Virus record (IMG/VR): IMGVR_UViG_3300005366_000001
Location: 1,411-65,410 of that record
From: a virus
Lineage: Duplodnaviria; Caudoviricetes
Strand: one strand, 5' to 3'
DNA length: 64,000 nucleotides
This document shows positions 18,819 to 27,976 of the stretch, one piece after another; within the stretch, counting starts at the first letter, position 1, and the number at the start of each line of letters is the position of its first letter. The notes beneath the pieces were generated by a model. That model made no database searches. It worked only from the letters and a program-made list of their open reading frames with translations, and was not told where the DNA came from. Both the position numbers and the translations under genes were made by a program.

Positions 18819-18845
18819 GACCGGGATTTACGCTCCCGGTCTTTT
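18819..18845 (+). terminator. Intrinsic terminator
   Basis: GACCGGGA/TCCCGGTC plus TTTT. Confidence 0.7.
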
Positions 18846-18944
18846 CATTGCCCTCTCAATACCTACTTGCATTCCTACAGGGTGTAGGGCGATGTAGCAC
18901 GAATTGTATTGCGTTGCATGACGCCGCGCATTACAATACCCTAC

Positions 18945-19373
18945 ATGAGTGAGGTTAAGACACGATCAATCAGGCTGGATGATGAAAACTGGCAATGGCT
19001 GGCCAATTTGCCTGGGCGTACTTCAAACGACGCAGTAACGGCGCTTCGAGCATCCGCAGAGCAAAAAGGCGATACAGTTACAGGTTCGCCAGAAGAGTTG
19101 AGCGAGTTAGTTGAGTTGGTCCGCAGTTTGCCAGATTCAACCGACATGCGACAGCTTATGCAAGAAGTATTTAGTGAATTGAGATTTGAGAAAGTAGCCG
19201 CTCATGCGGACGCGGAAATCACGGACAATCGCCCAAAGAACGCCTACTGCAAACACTGTGGAAGCCGTTTTGTTGGGGCGAAGTTCGCAACCATTTGTCC
19301 TGAATGTAAATCCAGTGGGCATACTTTAACTCCTGCTGATTGTCCTGTATGTGGGGAGGGAAGGGCTATATGA
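18945..19373 (+). CDS. Ribbon-helix-helix-like regulator with C-terminal Zn ribbon, leaderless
   Basis: KTRSIRLDDENW N-terminus; CKHC, CPEC, CPVC; TTGCGT-17-TACAAT 7 nt before the ATG. Confidence 0.65.
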   Translation: MSEVKTRSIRLDDENWQWLANLPGRTSNDAVTALRASAEQKGDTVTGSPEELSELVELVRSLPDSTDMRQLMQEVFSELRFEKVAAHADAEITDNRPKNAYCKHCGSRFVGAKFATICPECKSSGHTLTPADCPVCGEGRAI

Positions 19374-19738
19374 GCGAGAACCTAATGAGAAATGATCTAA
19401 CAACAAAAGAGGTTGTTGGAACCGCCGACGAGAATTCGCCAGTTGGTCAGGAATGTCTGAAAGACTTTTCTCTTGCGCAAGCTGCATTAGCCCGCAGCGA
19501 TGCCCAAGAACTATTTGTGTTGTATCAAAAAGCGATCCGCCAACGAAATGAAATCGTCGGTGCTATGGAAACGATCGTGGGCCATTTTATGGGCAAGAAC
19601 AAAGATCCGCGGCTCAGCAGTGTTGAACTGCCCGATTCAGTAGCCGCCATGCGAGAGGTAGCACTCAGTGCATTAGCTCTTGCTAAATCACTTGTCGAGA
19701 ACCAAGGCCGAAACGGCTCACAGCGGGAGAGCCTATGA
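19370..19738 (+). CDS. Hypothetical protein
   Basis: ORF 19340..19738, likely ATG 19370 overlapping the upstream stop. Confidence 0.6.
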   Translation: MSENLMRNDLTTKEVVGTADENSPVGQECLKDFSLAQAALARSDAQELFVLYQKAIRQRNEIVGAMETIVGHFMGKNKDPRLSSVELPDSVAAMREVALSALALAKSLVENQGRNGSQRESL

Positions 19739-19773
19739 GTGATAACAAATTCCCTTTCAGGAGGTAAACTCGA

Positions 19774-19968
19774 ATGGAAAACGAACTAACCGGGATTGAG
19801 GAGATCGACAAAGAGATCCTCGAACTGCTACCACAGACACAGACCATGTCCGCGGTGAGCGGGATGAATGACCGCGTAAGCCAATTGGGCAGCATGGCGG
19901 CATCGCAGAGAATTGCTGGATTAAGACAGGCGGCAGAGATTATCAAAACGCGCGAGAGCGACAAATGA
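19774..19968 (+). CDS. Hypothetical protein
   Basis: 64 aa; AGGAGG RBS. Confidence 0.65.
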   Translation: MENELTGIEEIDKEILELLPQTQTMSAVSGMNDRVSQLGSMAASQRIAGLRQAAEIIKTRESDK

Positions 19969-20345
19969 TTTGGGACAAAGTTCAGCGCAGATTTGAGAAC
20001 GATGACGGCACGCCCCTGACCTCTGCCGAAGTAAAGAAGCATATTCACGACTTCATCGAATCAGAACAGAAGTTGATTGCAAAGCAAGCGGAGAAACTTG
20101 TACGCGATGGGTTGACTGTAGCTGAGTTCTTTCAGTTCATGCGCCACAAGATTACAGCCATGCATCAAGTCACCGGAGCGATTGCTTATGGTGGTCAATC
20201 CCAACTCAACAGAGAGCGGCAAAAGAGAATCAATCAAAAGATACTTTCAGAGTTAGCCTATCTGAATGAGTTTGAAGCACAAGTTGAGCAATCGTTTGCG
20301 GTAGTTGATAGAATAGCTGATAAGGTTGCGACGGGAGGCAAGTAG
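19965..20345 (+). CDS. Minor head (MuF-like) protein, N-terminal part
   Basis: WDKVQRRF...AIAYGG...ELAYLNEF pattern; lies between portal and scaffold. Confidence 0.65.
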   Translation: MIWDKVQRRFENDDGTPLTSAEVKKHIHDFIESEQKLIAKQAEKLVRDGLTVAEFFQFMRHKITAMHQVTGAIAYGGQSQLNRERQKRINQKILSELAYLNEFEAQVEQSFAVVDRIADKVATGGK

Positions 20346-20568
20346 CAAGACGGATAAAATAACTGAACCTGTAAATGGAGAGTACATCGCGGGCTGTGTG
20401 ATTTGCGGCGAGCAAAAGCCAGTAATGCTTTACCCGCATCGACGCGGAACGCTGATTGTGGGCTGGGTGTTCGTCTGCGTTGACGATCAATCGCAAGTAG
20501 CAGGAGCCGATATCTCGCTGATACAGCCGTTAAAGCCAATCACGTTGGGCGCAGGAGCGCAAGCGTAG
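20326..20568 (+). CDS. Small Zn-ribbon-like ORF inserted between the halves of the minor head gene
   Basis: GCVICGE...FVCVDD; start codon uncertain. Confidence 0.5.
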   Translation: MRREASSKTDKITEPVNGEYIAGCVICGEQKPVMLYPHRRGTLIVGWVFVCVDDQSQVAGADISLIQPLKPITLGAGAQA

Positions 20569-20581
20569 AGCGAGTATTACA

Positions 20582-21079
20582 GTGGCGCGGAAAGGCTCAC
20601 GTAAAGACATCCAGGATGAGATCAGGCAGAAGGTAAGAAGAGCAATTCTCACCGCGGCTCCCTCTGAGGCTGAAGATCTCATTGCTGAAGCCCTCGGTGA
20701 AGACGTAGAGATTCCTGCTATTGAAAATCTTGCTGAAGATTTAATCGGCGGGCAGATTGTCAACCGAGCGACGATGTACGCTGAGTCCGCGTATGCAACT
20801 TACGCAAACAACGTTGTCGAGAGAGAGAAAGACGAAGGCGTAACACTTGGGCGCCGGGTACTTGAGGAAGGCGACAATTGCGAAGATTGCATTGCAGCAG
20901 CAACCGAAGAATTCATCCCGCTAGATGAGATACCGGAAATTTCTGACAGCATTTGCGGCGTAAGATGCAGATGCAGCATAGAATTTTCGGTAGGAGGCGT
21001 ACAGTTTTCAACCTCTGATTTATTCAGTGCAGTTGTTGGTGGTCAAGATCAGTATGGTGGAGACGTGGAGATTCAGTGA
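20582..21079 (+). CDS. Minor head (MuF-like) protein, C-terminal part
   Basis: NRATMYA...RRVL...NCEDC...ICGVRCRCSIEF, the Cys pattern of MuF/gp7-like C-termini. Confidence 0.7.
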   Translation: MARKGSRKDIQDEIRQKVRRAILTAAPSEAEDLIAEALGEDVEIPAIENLAEDLIGGQIVNRATMYAESAYATYANNVVEREKDEGVTLGRRVLEEGDNCEDCIAAATEEFIPLDEIPEISDSICGVRCRCSIEFSVGGVQFSTSDLFSAVVGGQDQYGGDVEIQ

Positions 21080-21330
21080 GATACCCTGAGATGATCGACG
21101 GAGAAGGCGTTGAACTAAAGCCCCGAGGCCGTAAGGGCAGAGCATGGCAGATCCTTCGACTTGCATGTTGCGACTGCGGGTTAATTCATTCGCTGGCATT
21201 TGCGATCGAGGATAATGGCAACTTGGGTATCGCTGCCCGGTTAGAGAAACGTCGCACGGCAGCGCATCGACGCGCGGCGAAATTCAAGGGATTGAAACTC
21301 CCCTATAGCAAACGTAAGAAGAGATCGTAA
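21076..21330 (+). CDS. Hypothetical protein (CCDCGLxH motif)
   Basis: 84 aa; GTGA overlap. Confidence 0.65.
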   Translation: MRYPEMIDGEGVELKPRGRKGRAWQILRLACCDCGLIHSLAFAIEDNGNLGIAARLEKRRTAAHRRAAKFKGLKLPYSKRKKRS

Positions 21331-21505
21331 ACGGCGCACAACAAACACCGATGCGATAGCGAGCGGCTCTGGAGGCTCTGGAGGCGGTGACACGTTTCAG
21401 GGCCGCTTTACTTGTCTCAAGATTACCCGTCTACCACGCCTCGGAACAAAACTCTTTGACACACTGACGGTAATTCGTGATACATTCAGCACGGTTAATC
21501 CAAAG

Positions 21506-21847
21506 ATGCGTCAAAAAGACTCGCAAGCCAAGTCCGATAGCAAGGTTGATACAAGCAGATTGACTGATGCCAAGGCTAAAGCGCAAACAGTTAAACAGGA
21601 ACCGCACACTTCGTTTGGGCAGAATGGTTCGTGTCCTGATTGTGAGGCTGACAAAAGTTCGCTCACAGACGAGGAGTGTGACTTCATTATCCGGCGCTTG
21701 CTTTGGAGGTTAAGAGACGCAACCAGTCCAATTGATTTCTTTCGTGAGATGAAGCGAGGGGTGGTGTTTGAAGTTTCTGACGCAAGTAAGGCCCGTGATT
21801 TAGTACGGCTATTTGCGAAGGCTGAAACACCTACGATCACAAACTAA
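21506..21847 (+). CDS. Hypothetical protein
   Basis: 113 aa, CPDC motif; TTGACA upstream. Confidence 0.55.
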   Translation: MRQKDSQAKSDSKVDTSRLTDAKAKAQTVKQEPHTSFGQNGSCPDCEADKSSLTDEECDFIIRRLLWRLRDATSPIDFFREMKRGVVFEVSDASKARDLVRLFAKAETPTITN

Positions 21848-21848
21848 C

Positions 21849-22400
21849 ATGGCAGACGATTCCACTACCGATACAACGTTAAAAACCGGAGACGAACCGG
21901 ATAAACAAACGGACGTTGCTAAGGACAAGAGCACTCAGCTCGAAAAAACTCCTGAGACGAAGGCGCACACACCTGAAGAGGTCTCACGCATTGTTGCCCG
22001 CGAGATAGCCAAGGAAAAAAAGAAGTGGGAAGAGGCTACCAAGAAGGCGCAAGACGATGCGACAAAGACTGAAACAGAACGGTTGTCGGGAACGATTAAC
22101 GAGCTGAAGGCTGAGATCCTTGAACGCGATACCCGTGATGCGGTTCTAAAGGCGGCACAGGAGAAGAAGTTCCTTGCCCGGAATCCGAACGCGGTGTATC
22201 GACTCGTGAAGGATGAGCTTGAGGTTGACGACAAAGGTCAAATCAAGAATCTCAACGAAGTGCTAACTCAGGCCAAAGCCGACTATCCCGAACTGTTCGG
22301 ACCTAAGCCGTCCGGTACAGCAAACGGTGGAGAAGGTTCACAGCAAGCTCCGAAGTTTGATATGAACACTCAAATACGCCGTCACGCTGGCTACGGATAG
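21849..22400 (+). CDS. Capsid scaffolding protein
   Basis: Acidic N-terminus, TPEEVSRIVARE coiled coil, YPELF, C-terminal MNTQIRR; precedes the capsid gene. Confidence 0.8.
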   Translation: MADDSTTDTTLKTGDEPDKQTDVAKDKSTQLEKTPETKAHTPEEVSRIVAREIAKEKKKWEEATKKAQDDATKTETERLSGTINELKAEILERDTRDAVLKAAQEKKFLARNPNAVYRLVKDELEVDDKGQIKNLNEVLTQAKADYPELFGPKPSGTANGGEGSQQAPKFDMNTQIRRHAGYG

Positions 22401-22414
22401 AAGGAGTTGGCTAG

Positions 22415-23353
22415 ATGGCCTACGACAACATAATCTCCAGAACTGACGCACAGGCTCTCATCCCTGAAGACGTTGCGGCAGAGATAATCCAAAATACAGT
22501 CAAACAGTCCGCAGCCCTTACGCTAATGCGGCGCGCGACAATGGCGACGAATCAGCAACGTATGCCAGTCCTGTCTGCGCTCCCGATTGCCTATTTCGTC
22601 AACGGTGATACCGGGCTCAAGCAGACAACCGAAGTAGCGTGGGGCAACAAGTTTCTCAATGCAGAAGAGATCGCGTGCATCGTCCCTATCCCTGAAGCCG
22701 TGTTGGAAGACGCGAGCTTTGATGTGTGGGGAGAGATTCGGCCCAAGCTGGAAGAGGCAGTAGGCCGCACGTTGGACGCAGCGATATTCTTTGGCACTAA
22801 CAAGCCTTCAAGCTGGCCAACTGACATCGCGGCATCGGCTGTCTCTGCCGGCAACGTCATTGCCCGGGGAACAAACAACGCAGCCGCCGGCGGAATTGCT
22901 ACCGATATATCAGACACGATGGCGACTGTGGAAGCGGATGGTTTTGACGTGAATGGGTTTGTTACTTCCCGATCCTATCGTCGGTTTCTCCGTAATGCCC
23001 GTGACACCACAGGCCAAAAGCTTCTCGATATCGCGTTGAACACTATCGAAGGTGAACAGGTGGTCTATGCGCTTAATGGTCTATGGCCTACAGGCGCGAG
23101 TGCGGCTGAATTGTTTACCGGAGACTGGATGCAATTTGTCCTTGCTGTTCGACGCGACATGACCTACAAACTGCTCGATCAGGCGGTGATTCAGGACAAC
23201 ACCGGAGCCATCGTCTATAACCTAGCCCAACAGGATATGGTTGCGATGCGGTTGACGTTCCGCGCAGCGTGGCAAGTCGCAAATCCGATCAGTTATGACA
23301 ATCAAGTCGAAGCCAACAGATATCCAGTTGGCGTACTTCGTTCGCCTGCCTAA
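22415..23353 (+). CDS. Major capsid protein (HK97 fold)
   Basis: LIPEDVAAEII, AEEIACIVPIPEAVLED, LDAAIFFG, GDW, NLAQQDMVAMRLTFR. Confidence 0.93.
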   Translation: MAYDNIISRTDAQALIPEDVAAEIIQNTVKQSAALTLMRRATMATNQQRMPVLSALPIAYFVNGDTGLKQTTEVAWGNKFLNAEEIACIVPIPEAVLEDASFDVWGEIRPKLEEAVGRTLDAAIFFGTNKPSSWPTDIAASAVSAGNVIARGTNNAAAGGIATDISDTMATVEADGFDVNGFVTSRSYRRFLRNARDTTGQKLLDIALNTIEGEQVVYALNGLWPTGASAAELFTGDWMQFVLAVRRDMTYKLLDQAVIQDNTGAIVYNLAQQDMVAMRLTFRAAWQVANPISYDNQVEANRYPVGVLRSPA

Positions 23354-23386
23354 AGCTAGCGAGCTAAACTAACGGAGAAAATCATT

Positions 23387-23803
23387 ATGGCTAACGAAGG
23401 CGCACCACTTGTCACTTCGCTGAGAAACACTGTTCCTGGCGCTACCATTGCCGCCACAGACTCTTTCTCGCTGGGGAAGGCTCCAGTCGCGGGAACAGTT
23501 ACGGCAATTAGCTACACGCCCGATGCCGCAGCAACCGGCGACAATACCAACGCACGGACCTTCACGGTTGTGAACAAAGGTCAGTCAGGTGTTGGAACAA
23601 CTGTAATCGGCACGCTCGCACTAACCACGGGCGTCAACCTCGTGGCCTTTGACGAGAAGGCGTTTACCTTGTCAGTGGTCGCGGGTGCTCTAACTATCGT
23701 AGCGGGCGACGTGCTGGCTTTTGTATCGACTGCGACCGGCACTGGTGTTGTCGATCCGGGCGGTACGGTGCAGATCGATATCAGTCGCGTCGCGGGATCA
23801 TAA
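23387..23803 (+). CDS. Putative head decoration protein
   Basis: Beta-rich 138 aa directly after the capsid gene. Confidence 0.6.
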   Translation: MANEGAPLVTSLRNTVPGATIAATDSFSLGKAPVAGTVTAISYTPDAAATGDNTNARTFTVVNKGQSGVGTTVIGTLALTTGVNLVAFDEKAFTLSVVAGALTIVAGDVLAFVSTATGTGVVDPGGTVQIDISRVAGS

Positions 23804-23805
23804 AA

Positions 23806-23987
23806 TGGCGCTGACTGTTGAAGACGAGAAGGCGGTTGCGTATCGGCGCCAATGCGAGCGACGACGGGAGTTTCAAGAACTACTCGCTCAAAAACTCAAA
23901 GGCGATGATTACGCGCGCCGCCAACTCTGCTTGAAAACAAAGCCAGCTATGAAGGGACCAAAGGGGGATACAAGTCATGACGACTAA
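23806..23987 (+). CDS. Small hypothetical protein
   Basis: MALTVEDEK... part of ORF 23721..23987; start position approximate. Confidence 0.45.
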
Positions 23988-24165
23988 GAAGGCGGATGAT
24001 AATCTCGGGGCTGCCGAGGTTCAAAAGAAAGTAGACAAGGAAGTAGATCAGGGCTTCAGTGGGGAGGTTCCAGATGAAACCGCGAATGAAAACTACACCG
24101 TGGGCGGCGTAATCAAGGGCAAGCCAACTCCCGAAACATCAGCACCAGAAAAGACAAAGAAGTAA
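23977..24165 (+). CDS. Small hypothetical protein
   Basis: 62 aa in the head-tail region. Confidence 0.65.
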   Translation: MTTKKADDNLGAAEVQKKVDKEVDQGFSGEVPDETANENYTVGGVIKGKPTPETSAPEKTKK

Positions 24166-24166
24166 A

Positions 24167-24490
24167 ATGGCTCTTTCAGCGGCACAGATCGAATCCGTGA
24201 GGGAAATGGTAGGGGATAAAACGTTCGCTACCATTGAATCCCTCTGTGCGGAAATGAATGCCGCTCAGGAATCGGCAATGTCTGATGACGTTGATGAATG
24301 GGATCGGATCAAAAATAAGCACGTGCGGCTTTCGGGGGGTCATGATGGCATTGATGTTGACAACGAGCGTAGCCGCTCAGCGTTGAAGCGCCGCGCAAGA
24401 CTCAGGCTTAATTTGCCCGTTACTAGTAGTTCGGGCGGCATCTTTCAAATACCCGTGGGTACGGTTATGGGTAATGCGTGTGATTGGTAG
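24167..24490 (+). CDS. Putative head-tail adaptor
   Basis: Position and helical 107-aa sequence. Confidence 0.5.
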   Translation: MALSAAQIESVREMVGDKTFATIESLCAEMNAAQESAMSDDVDEWDRIKNKHVRLSGGHDGIDVDNERSRSALKRRARLRLNLPVTSSSGGIFQIPVGTVMGNACDW

Positions 24491-24493
24491 TCA

Positions 24494-24892
24494 ATGGGAC
24501 TTGACCTTGCAGATGTTATTGACGATGTACGCTTGGAATTGGATCAGGTTGGTCCCGATATCTTTACAGATCTTTGCAATTTGATTATCCCCGGCGCAAC
24601 GGTTCCTGATGGCTTTGGAGGCGAGACGCAATCAACGCCTGTGGTGCACTCGAACATCCCTTGCAAGGTAGAAGTGCTGAACAGATCAGATGTCCCAATC
24701 GGAGGAGCGCAGATAACCACTCAGGGACATAAGTTAACGATGGGGGCAAACGCGGTCACAAAACAGATCAAGCAGCATTATCAAATTGTTGTGTTGGCCC
24801 ATCACAATCAAGCTGAGCAGACTTTTGAGAACCCGATAACGCTGATGGGTTCGTTTGATATGTTCATGAAGGTCGCTGCGACAAAGATATGA
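24494..24892 (+). CDS. Head closure/stopper protein (SPP1 gp16-like)
   Basis: PDGFGG...NIPCKV motif; position. Confidence 0.7.
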   Translation: MGLDLADVIDDVRLELDQVGPDIFTDLCNLIIPGATVPDGFGGETQSTPVVHSNIPCKVEVLNRSDVPIGGAQITTQGHKLTMGANAVTKQIKQHYQIVVLAHHNQAEQTFENPITLMGSFDMFMKVAATKI

Positions 24893-25224
24893 GCGTCGTA
24901 ATCAAAAAGACTGGCTTCAATCTGTCGGCCCTATCGTTGCGAACGCGAACTAACATCGCGAATGTGCTGAATGAGGGAGCGAGCTCTTGCGTATCGCTGG
25001 CCCAACAACTTGCCCCGGTTGACACTGGATTCATGCGAGACAATGTTAAGCAGACAGAGGAGGCAACGCCCGATCACTTGAAAGTCACGATGGAATCACG
25101 GGCTGATTACTCTGCGTTCGTAGAATTCGGCACTGTTTCACAAGATCCGCAGCCCTTCATGACTCCAGCTTTTGAATCGGCACGGAGACAAGTCAATAAC
25201 GGTTTATTGAGGGTGTTGAAATAA
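24889..25224 (+). CDS. HK97 gp10-like tail completion protein
   Basis: APVDTG, YSAFVEFGT, QPFMTPA. Confidence 0.9.
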   Translation: MSVVIKKTGFNLSALSLRTRTNIANVLNEGASSCVSLAQQLAPVDTGFMRDNVKQTEEATPDHLKVTMESRADYSAFVEFGTVSQDPQPFMTPAFESARRQVNNGLLRVLK

Positions 25225-25493
25225 TGGCTAACAAGTATGCGAGCGACGAAGAATGGCTGACTGAGGAGGAGATAGCACGTGTACGTGGGCGTGTGGTGCC
25301 ATACTTTCCTGACGCGACTATAGATCGTGATGGAACGTTTACTGAGCACGTCATCACTATTGCCGAAATGCTAGATCGTCTTAATGCGCCCCTGTTGCCG
25401 CTTGATGAAACCGCACGGTATGACGAACTCAAAGCGCATTGGGACGCCGGGAACGGCACAGCAAAAGGCTTCCGTTGTGAGATAGTAAAATGA
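25224..25493 (+). CDS. Hypothetical protein ending GFRCEIVK
   Basis: 89-aa ORF coupled to the upstream stop. Confidence 0.6.
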   Translation: MANKYASDEEWLTEEEIARVRGRVVPYFPDATIDRDGTFTEHVITIAEMLDRLNAPLLPLDETARYDELKAHWDAGNGTAKGFRCEIVK

Positions 25494-25505
25494 AACGGTA
25501 TTGAG

Positions 25506-25706
25506 ATGAAAGCGAGTGAGTGGCGCGAATTGATTATCTCGGCTGTTCAGCAGTCCGTCGCTGGGGATGATAGTACGCTCCAGTTGTTATCAGAGGCGCT
25601 TGAGGAAACGGACACTGCCAAGCAGGAGTTGCGCTCGCGTGGTTACGGCGTGACCGGACAATCTTTACTTGCGACTGTTCAAATGATCGAAGCGAGGACA
25701 GCATGA
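25506..25706 (+). CDS. Hypothetical protein
   Basis: 66-aa ORF. Confidence 0.6.
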   Translation: MKASEWRELIISAVQQSVAGDDSTLQLLSEALEETDTAKQELRSRGYGVTGQSLLATVQMIEARTA

Positions 25707-25819
25707 AGTGGAAGATCGTATACATCGAACTAACAGCGAACGATTTAGAACACCTAGAAGCTTTCTGGCTTGGCGGCTTCAGCAATGCCATCGGCTTTCG
25801 CTGCGAGATAGCAAAATGA
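25703..25819 (+). CDS. 38-aa protein ending GFRCEIAK
   Basis: Manual translation; GAGG RBS; ATGA overlap. Confidence 0.55.
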   Translation: MKWKIVYIELTANDLEHLEAFWLGGFSNAIGFRCEIAK

Positions 25820-25820
25820 A

Positions 25821-26264
25821 ATGGGCGATATTTCAGAGATCCAGCAAGCAAAGAAGTGGATCTACGATTCACTCCACGCTGACACATACATTGCAAGCCA
25901 AGTCGGCACTCGCATCAAAGACAGCTACGTTTCTGAGCCTCCTGCTGATCGGGTTTATCCTTACATTGTTTATAACTTCATGGGCGGGCTTGATGTTGAT
26001 GCGCTTGGCACTAGCCGCCTTCTCTCCCGACCTCTCTTCCAAGTCCGCGTTGTGTGCGAAGGACGACCAGACGACGCTATCAGAAAGATCGATAAACGGA
26101 TTGACGAAGTTTTGCAGCACGCGGTCTACCAACTCTCGGGTGATTGGTACTTTAGCGCACGGCGTGAGCAGCCAATTGATCGGCCCGAGTTCGATGCGTC
26201 TACAGGAAAACATTACGCCAACATCGGAGGCTTGTATCGTCTTTATATCGGGAGAACAGTATGA
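25821..26264 (+). CDS. Tail terminator (DUF3168-like)
   Basis: VGTRIKD...YPYIVY...FQVRV; directly upstream of the tail tube gene. Confidence 0.75.
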   Translation: MGDISEIQQAKKWIYDSLHADTYIASQVGTRIKDSYVSEPPADRVYPYIVYNFMGGLDVDALGTSRLLSRPLFQVRVVCEGRPDDAIRKIDKRIDEVLQHAVYQLSGDWYFSARREQPIDRPEFDASTGKHYANIGGLYRLYIGRTV

Positions 26265-26461
26265 GAATTGAGAACTGCACTTTCAGAGTGAACAAACATT
26301 CATCGGCAACGGAAGTCTTTATCACGAGCAAGACAGGAGTCAACACCGTTCTGTATTTACCACCTGATGCGGAAGTTGATCCGACAAAACCACTAGAGTT
26401 TATTCCCGCGCCTCCTCCACCTACTGAGGAAGCAAAGAAGACTGAGACACCGAGCAAGTAG
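26261..26461 (+). CDS. Small hypothetical protein
   Basis: 66 aa; ATGA overlap. Confidence 0.6.
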   Translation: MRIENCTFRVNKHSSATEVFITSKTGVNTVLYLPPDAEVDPTKPLEFIPAPPPPTEEAKKTETPSK

Positions 26462-26480
26462 CTCGCAGGAGGGCTAGGTT

Positions 26481-27455
26481 ATGGGCCGTGGAACCGTTAA
26501 TAGGCAAGTCCAGGTTGGCGTAGAAACGACGCCGGGAACTGCCGTGGCCGCAAGTAAGGTCCTTCCGTCGATGTCGATGGTGATAACTCCTCTCACACGA
26601 ACAAAGGAGATTAGAACTCAGGGATTCAAACCCGCTACAGACGTTCAGAATCTTGGCGGTCTAAGTCAAATCGCTTTGACGGGACCTCTCAACTACACAG
26701 AAATTATTTACCCGCTGAATATGATTGTTCTCGGGGTGATTACCACTCCAGCAGGGGGCACACTCTCACGCCAACATTTATTCAGCCCAACAGCGCAGGG
26801 TACAGACACGTCAAAGACACTCACAGTACAAGAAGGTGATGCGACCGCAGCAACACAAGCAGCAGGCGTGTTTCTCGCTAACTGGGGCTTTGTGGCCGCC
26901 GATGCGGGAGTTGATATCACAGGGGAGTTACGCGGGCGTTATCCCACTGCCGTGAGTCTGACGGGTTCGCCTACGTCAGTAGCGCAATTGCCGGTTAACC
27001 CGCGAGAGATTGATATATACATCGATCCGACATTTGGTGCGCTTGGTACGACTAAAGTATCGGACGGCCTAAACGTGCAATACGGGCTTACAGACAAGCA
27101 ACGCGAAAAGTTTGTCCTCAATACGAGTTTTGCTTCGTTCAGTGAGTCGATCGAAGTTGTACCGACTCAAACCTTCTCATTCATTACTGAGCACAACGCG
27201 CAGTCGCGAGCGATATTTGCTAGCATTCCTTCAGGGTCTGTTCAGTACATGCGAATGAAAGCAACGGGACCGCTAATCGAGGGCGCAATCAACTATCTAT
27301 TTCAGTTTGATGTGCCAGTTAAAATCACTGCGACAGCACAAGAAGACGCAGACGGAGTGTGGGGCTATCGATATGACTGTCTGCCGAAATATGACTCAGC
27401 CTTTGGTAATAAGATGTGGGAGATTAAGGTGATCAATACCATCACCGCGCTCTAA
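26481..27455 (+). CDS. Major tail (tube) protein
   Basis: QVGVETTPGTAV N-terminus, IKVINTITAL C-terminus; AGGAGG RBS. Confidence 0.85.
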   Translation: MGRGTVNRQVQVGVETTPGTAVAASKVLPSMSMVITPLTRTKEIRTQGFKPATDVQNLGGLSQIALTGPLNYTEIIYPLNMIVLGVITTPAGGTLSRQHLFSPTAQGTDTSKTLTVQEGDATAATQAAGVFLANWGFVAADAGVDITGELRGRYPTAVSLTGSPTSVAQLPVNPREIDIYIDPTFGALGTTKVSDGLNVQYGLTDKQREKFVLNTSFASFSESIEVVPTQTFSFITEHNAQSRAIFASIPSGSVQYMRMKATGPLIEGAINYLFQFDVPVKITATAQEDADGVWGYRYDCLPKYDSAFGNKMWEIKVINTITAL

Positions 27456-27457
27456 TT

Positions 27458-27976
27458 ATGGAACTCTCTTCGTTCAGTGAAAACATAATCAAGGTTCCCT
27501 ATACACGCTCGGGCGAAACAGTCAACCTTGAGATCAATATCGACGTGTTCACGCCGGAGTTCTTTCGTCGCGTTGGTAAAAGATTCGAAGAGCGCATGAG
27601 AGGATATCAAGCAATCGATGCGCAAACAAAGGCGAAAGGGAAATCAAAGGTAAAACCGAAGGTCGATCAGTTTCAGGGCGCTAAGGACTTCTTCGAAAAC
27701 GAGGCACGCGGACTGGAAATCAAACGTGAAATTCATGCTGAGCTTTTAGCGGGAGGCGTGTTGAAGGGCTGGGATCTGGTTGAGAACGGTCTGCCGATTC
27801 ATCCTACTTACGATGTCTTGATAAAACTCCCGCCCTTGCTAGTTGAAGACATTTGGAACCTCTCACTGGAGAAGGCAAAGACGGTAAAAAAAAGGGTGGC
27901 AGAGGAAACAGAGGAGACCTTGGAGAACTCGCCCAGTGGTACAAGGGCACTTCACGCAGTCGGCCAGACTGGGTAG
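27458..27976 (+). CDS. Tail assembly chaperone G
   Basis: LKGWDL motif; between tube and tape measure; A8 slippery run at 27886-27893. Confidence 0.8.
   Translation: MELSSFSENIIKVPYTRSGETVNLEINIDVFTPEFFRRVGKRFEERMRGYQAIDAQTKAKGKSKVKPKVDQFQGAKDFFENEARGLEIKREIHAELLAGGVLKGWDLVENGLPIHPTYDVLIKLPPLLVEDIWNLSLEKAKTVKKRVAEETEETLENSPSGTRALHAVGQTG

Noticed and set aside
19965-20345. Genome-wide TAG stop recoding
   Set aside because: A TAA follows three codons later, the halves are in different frames, and core genes are intact in code 11.
20343-20563. Group I or group II intron in the minor head gene
   Set aside because: No recognisable catalytic core or splice-site consensus, and the insert reads as a plausible protein.
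21365-21406. GGCTCTGGA tandem repeat and hairpin
   Set aside because: Only two short copies and no U-tract; too weak to call.
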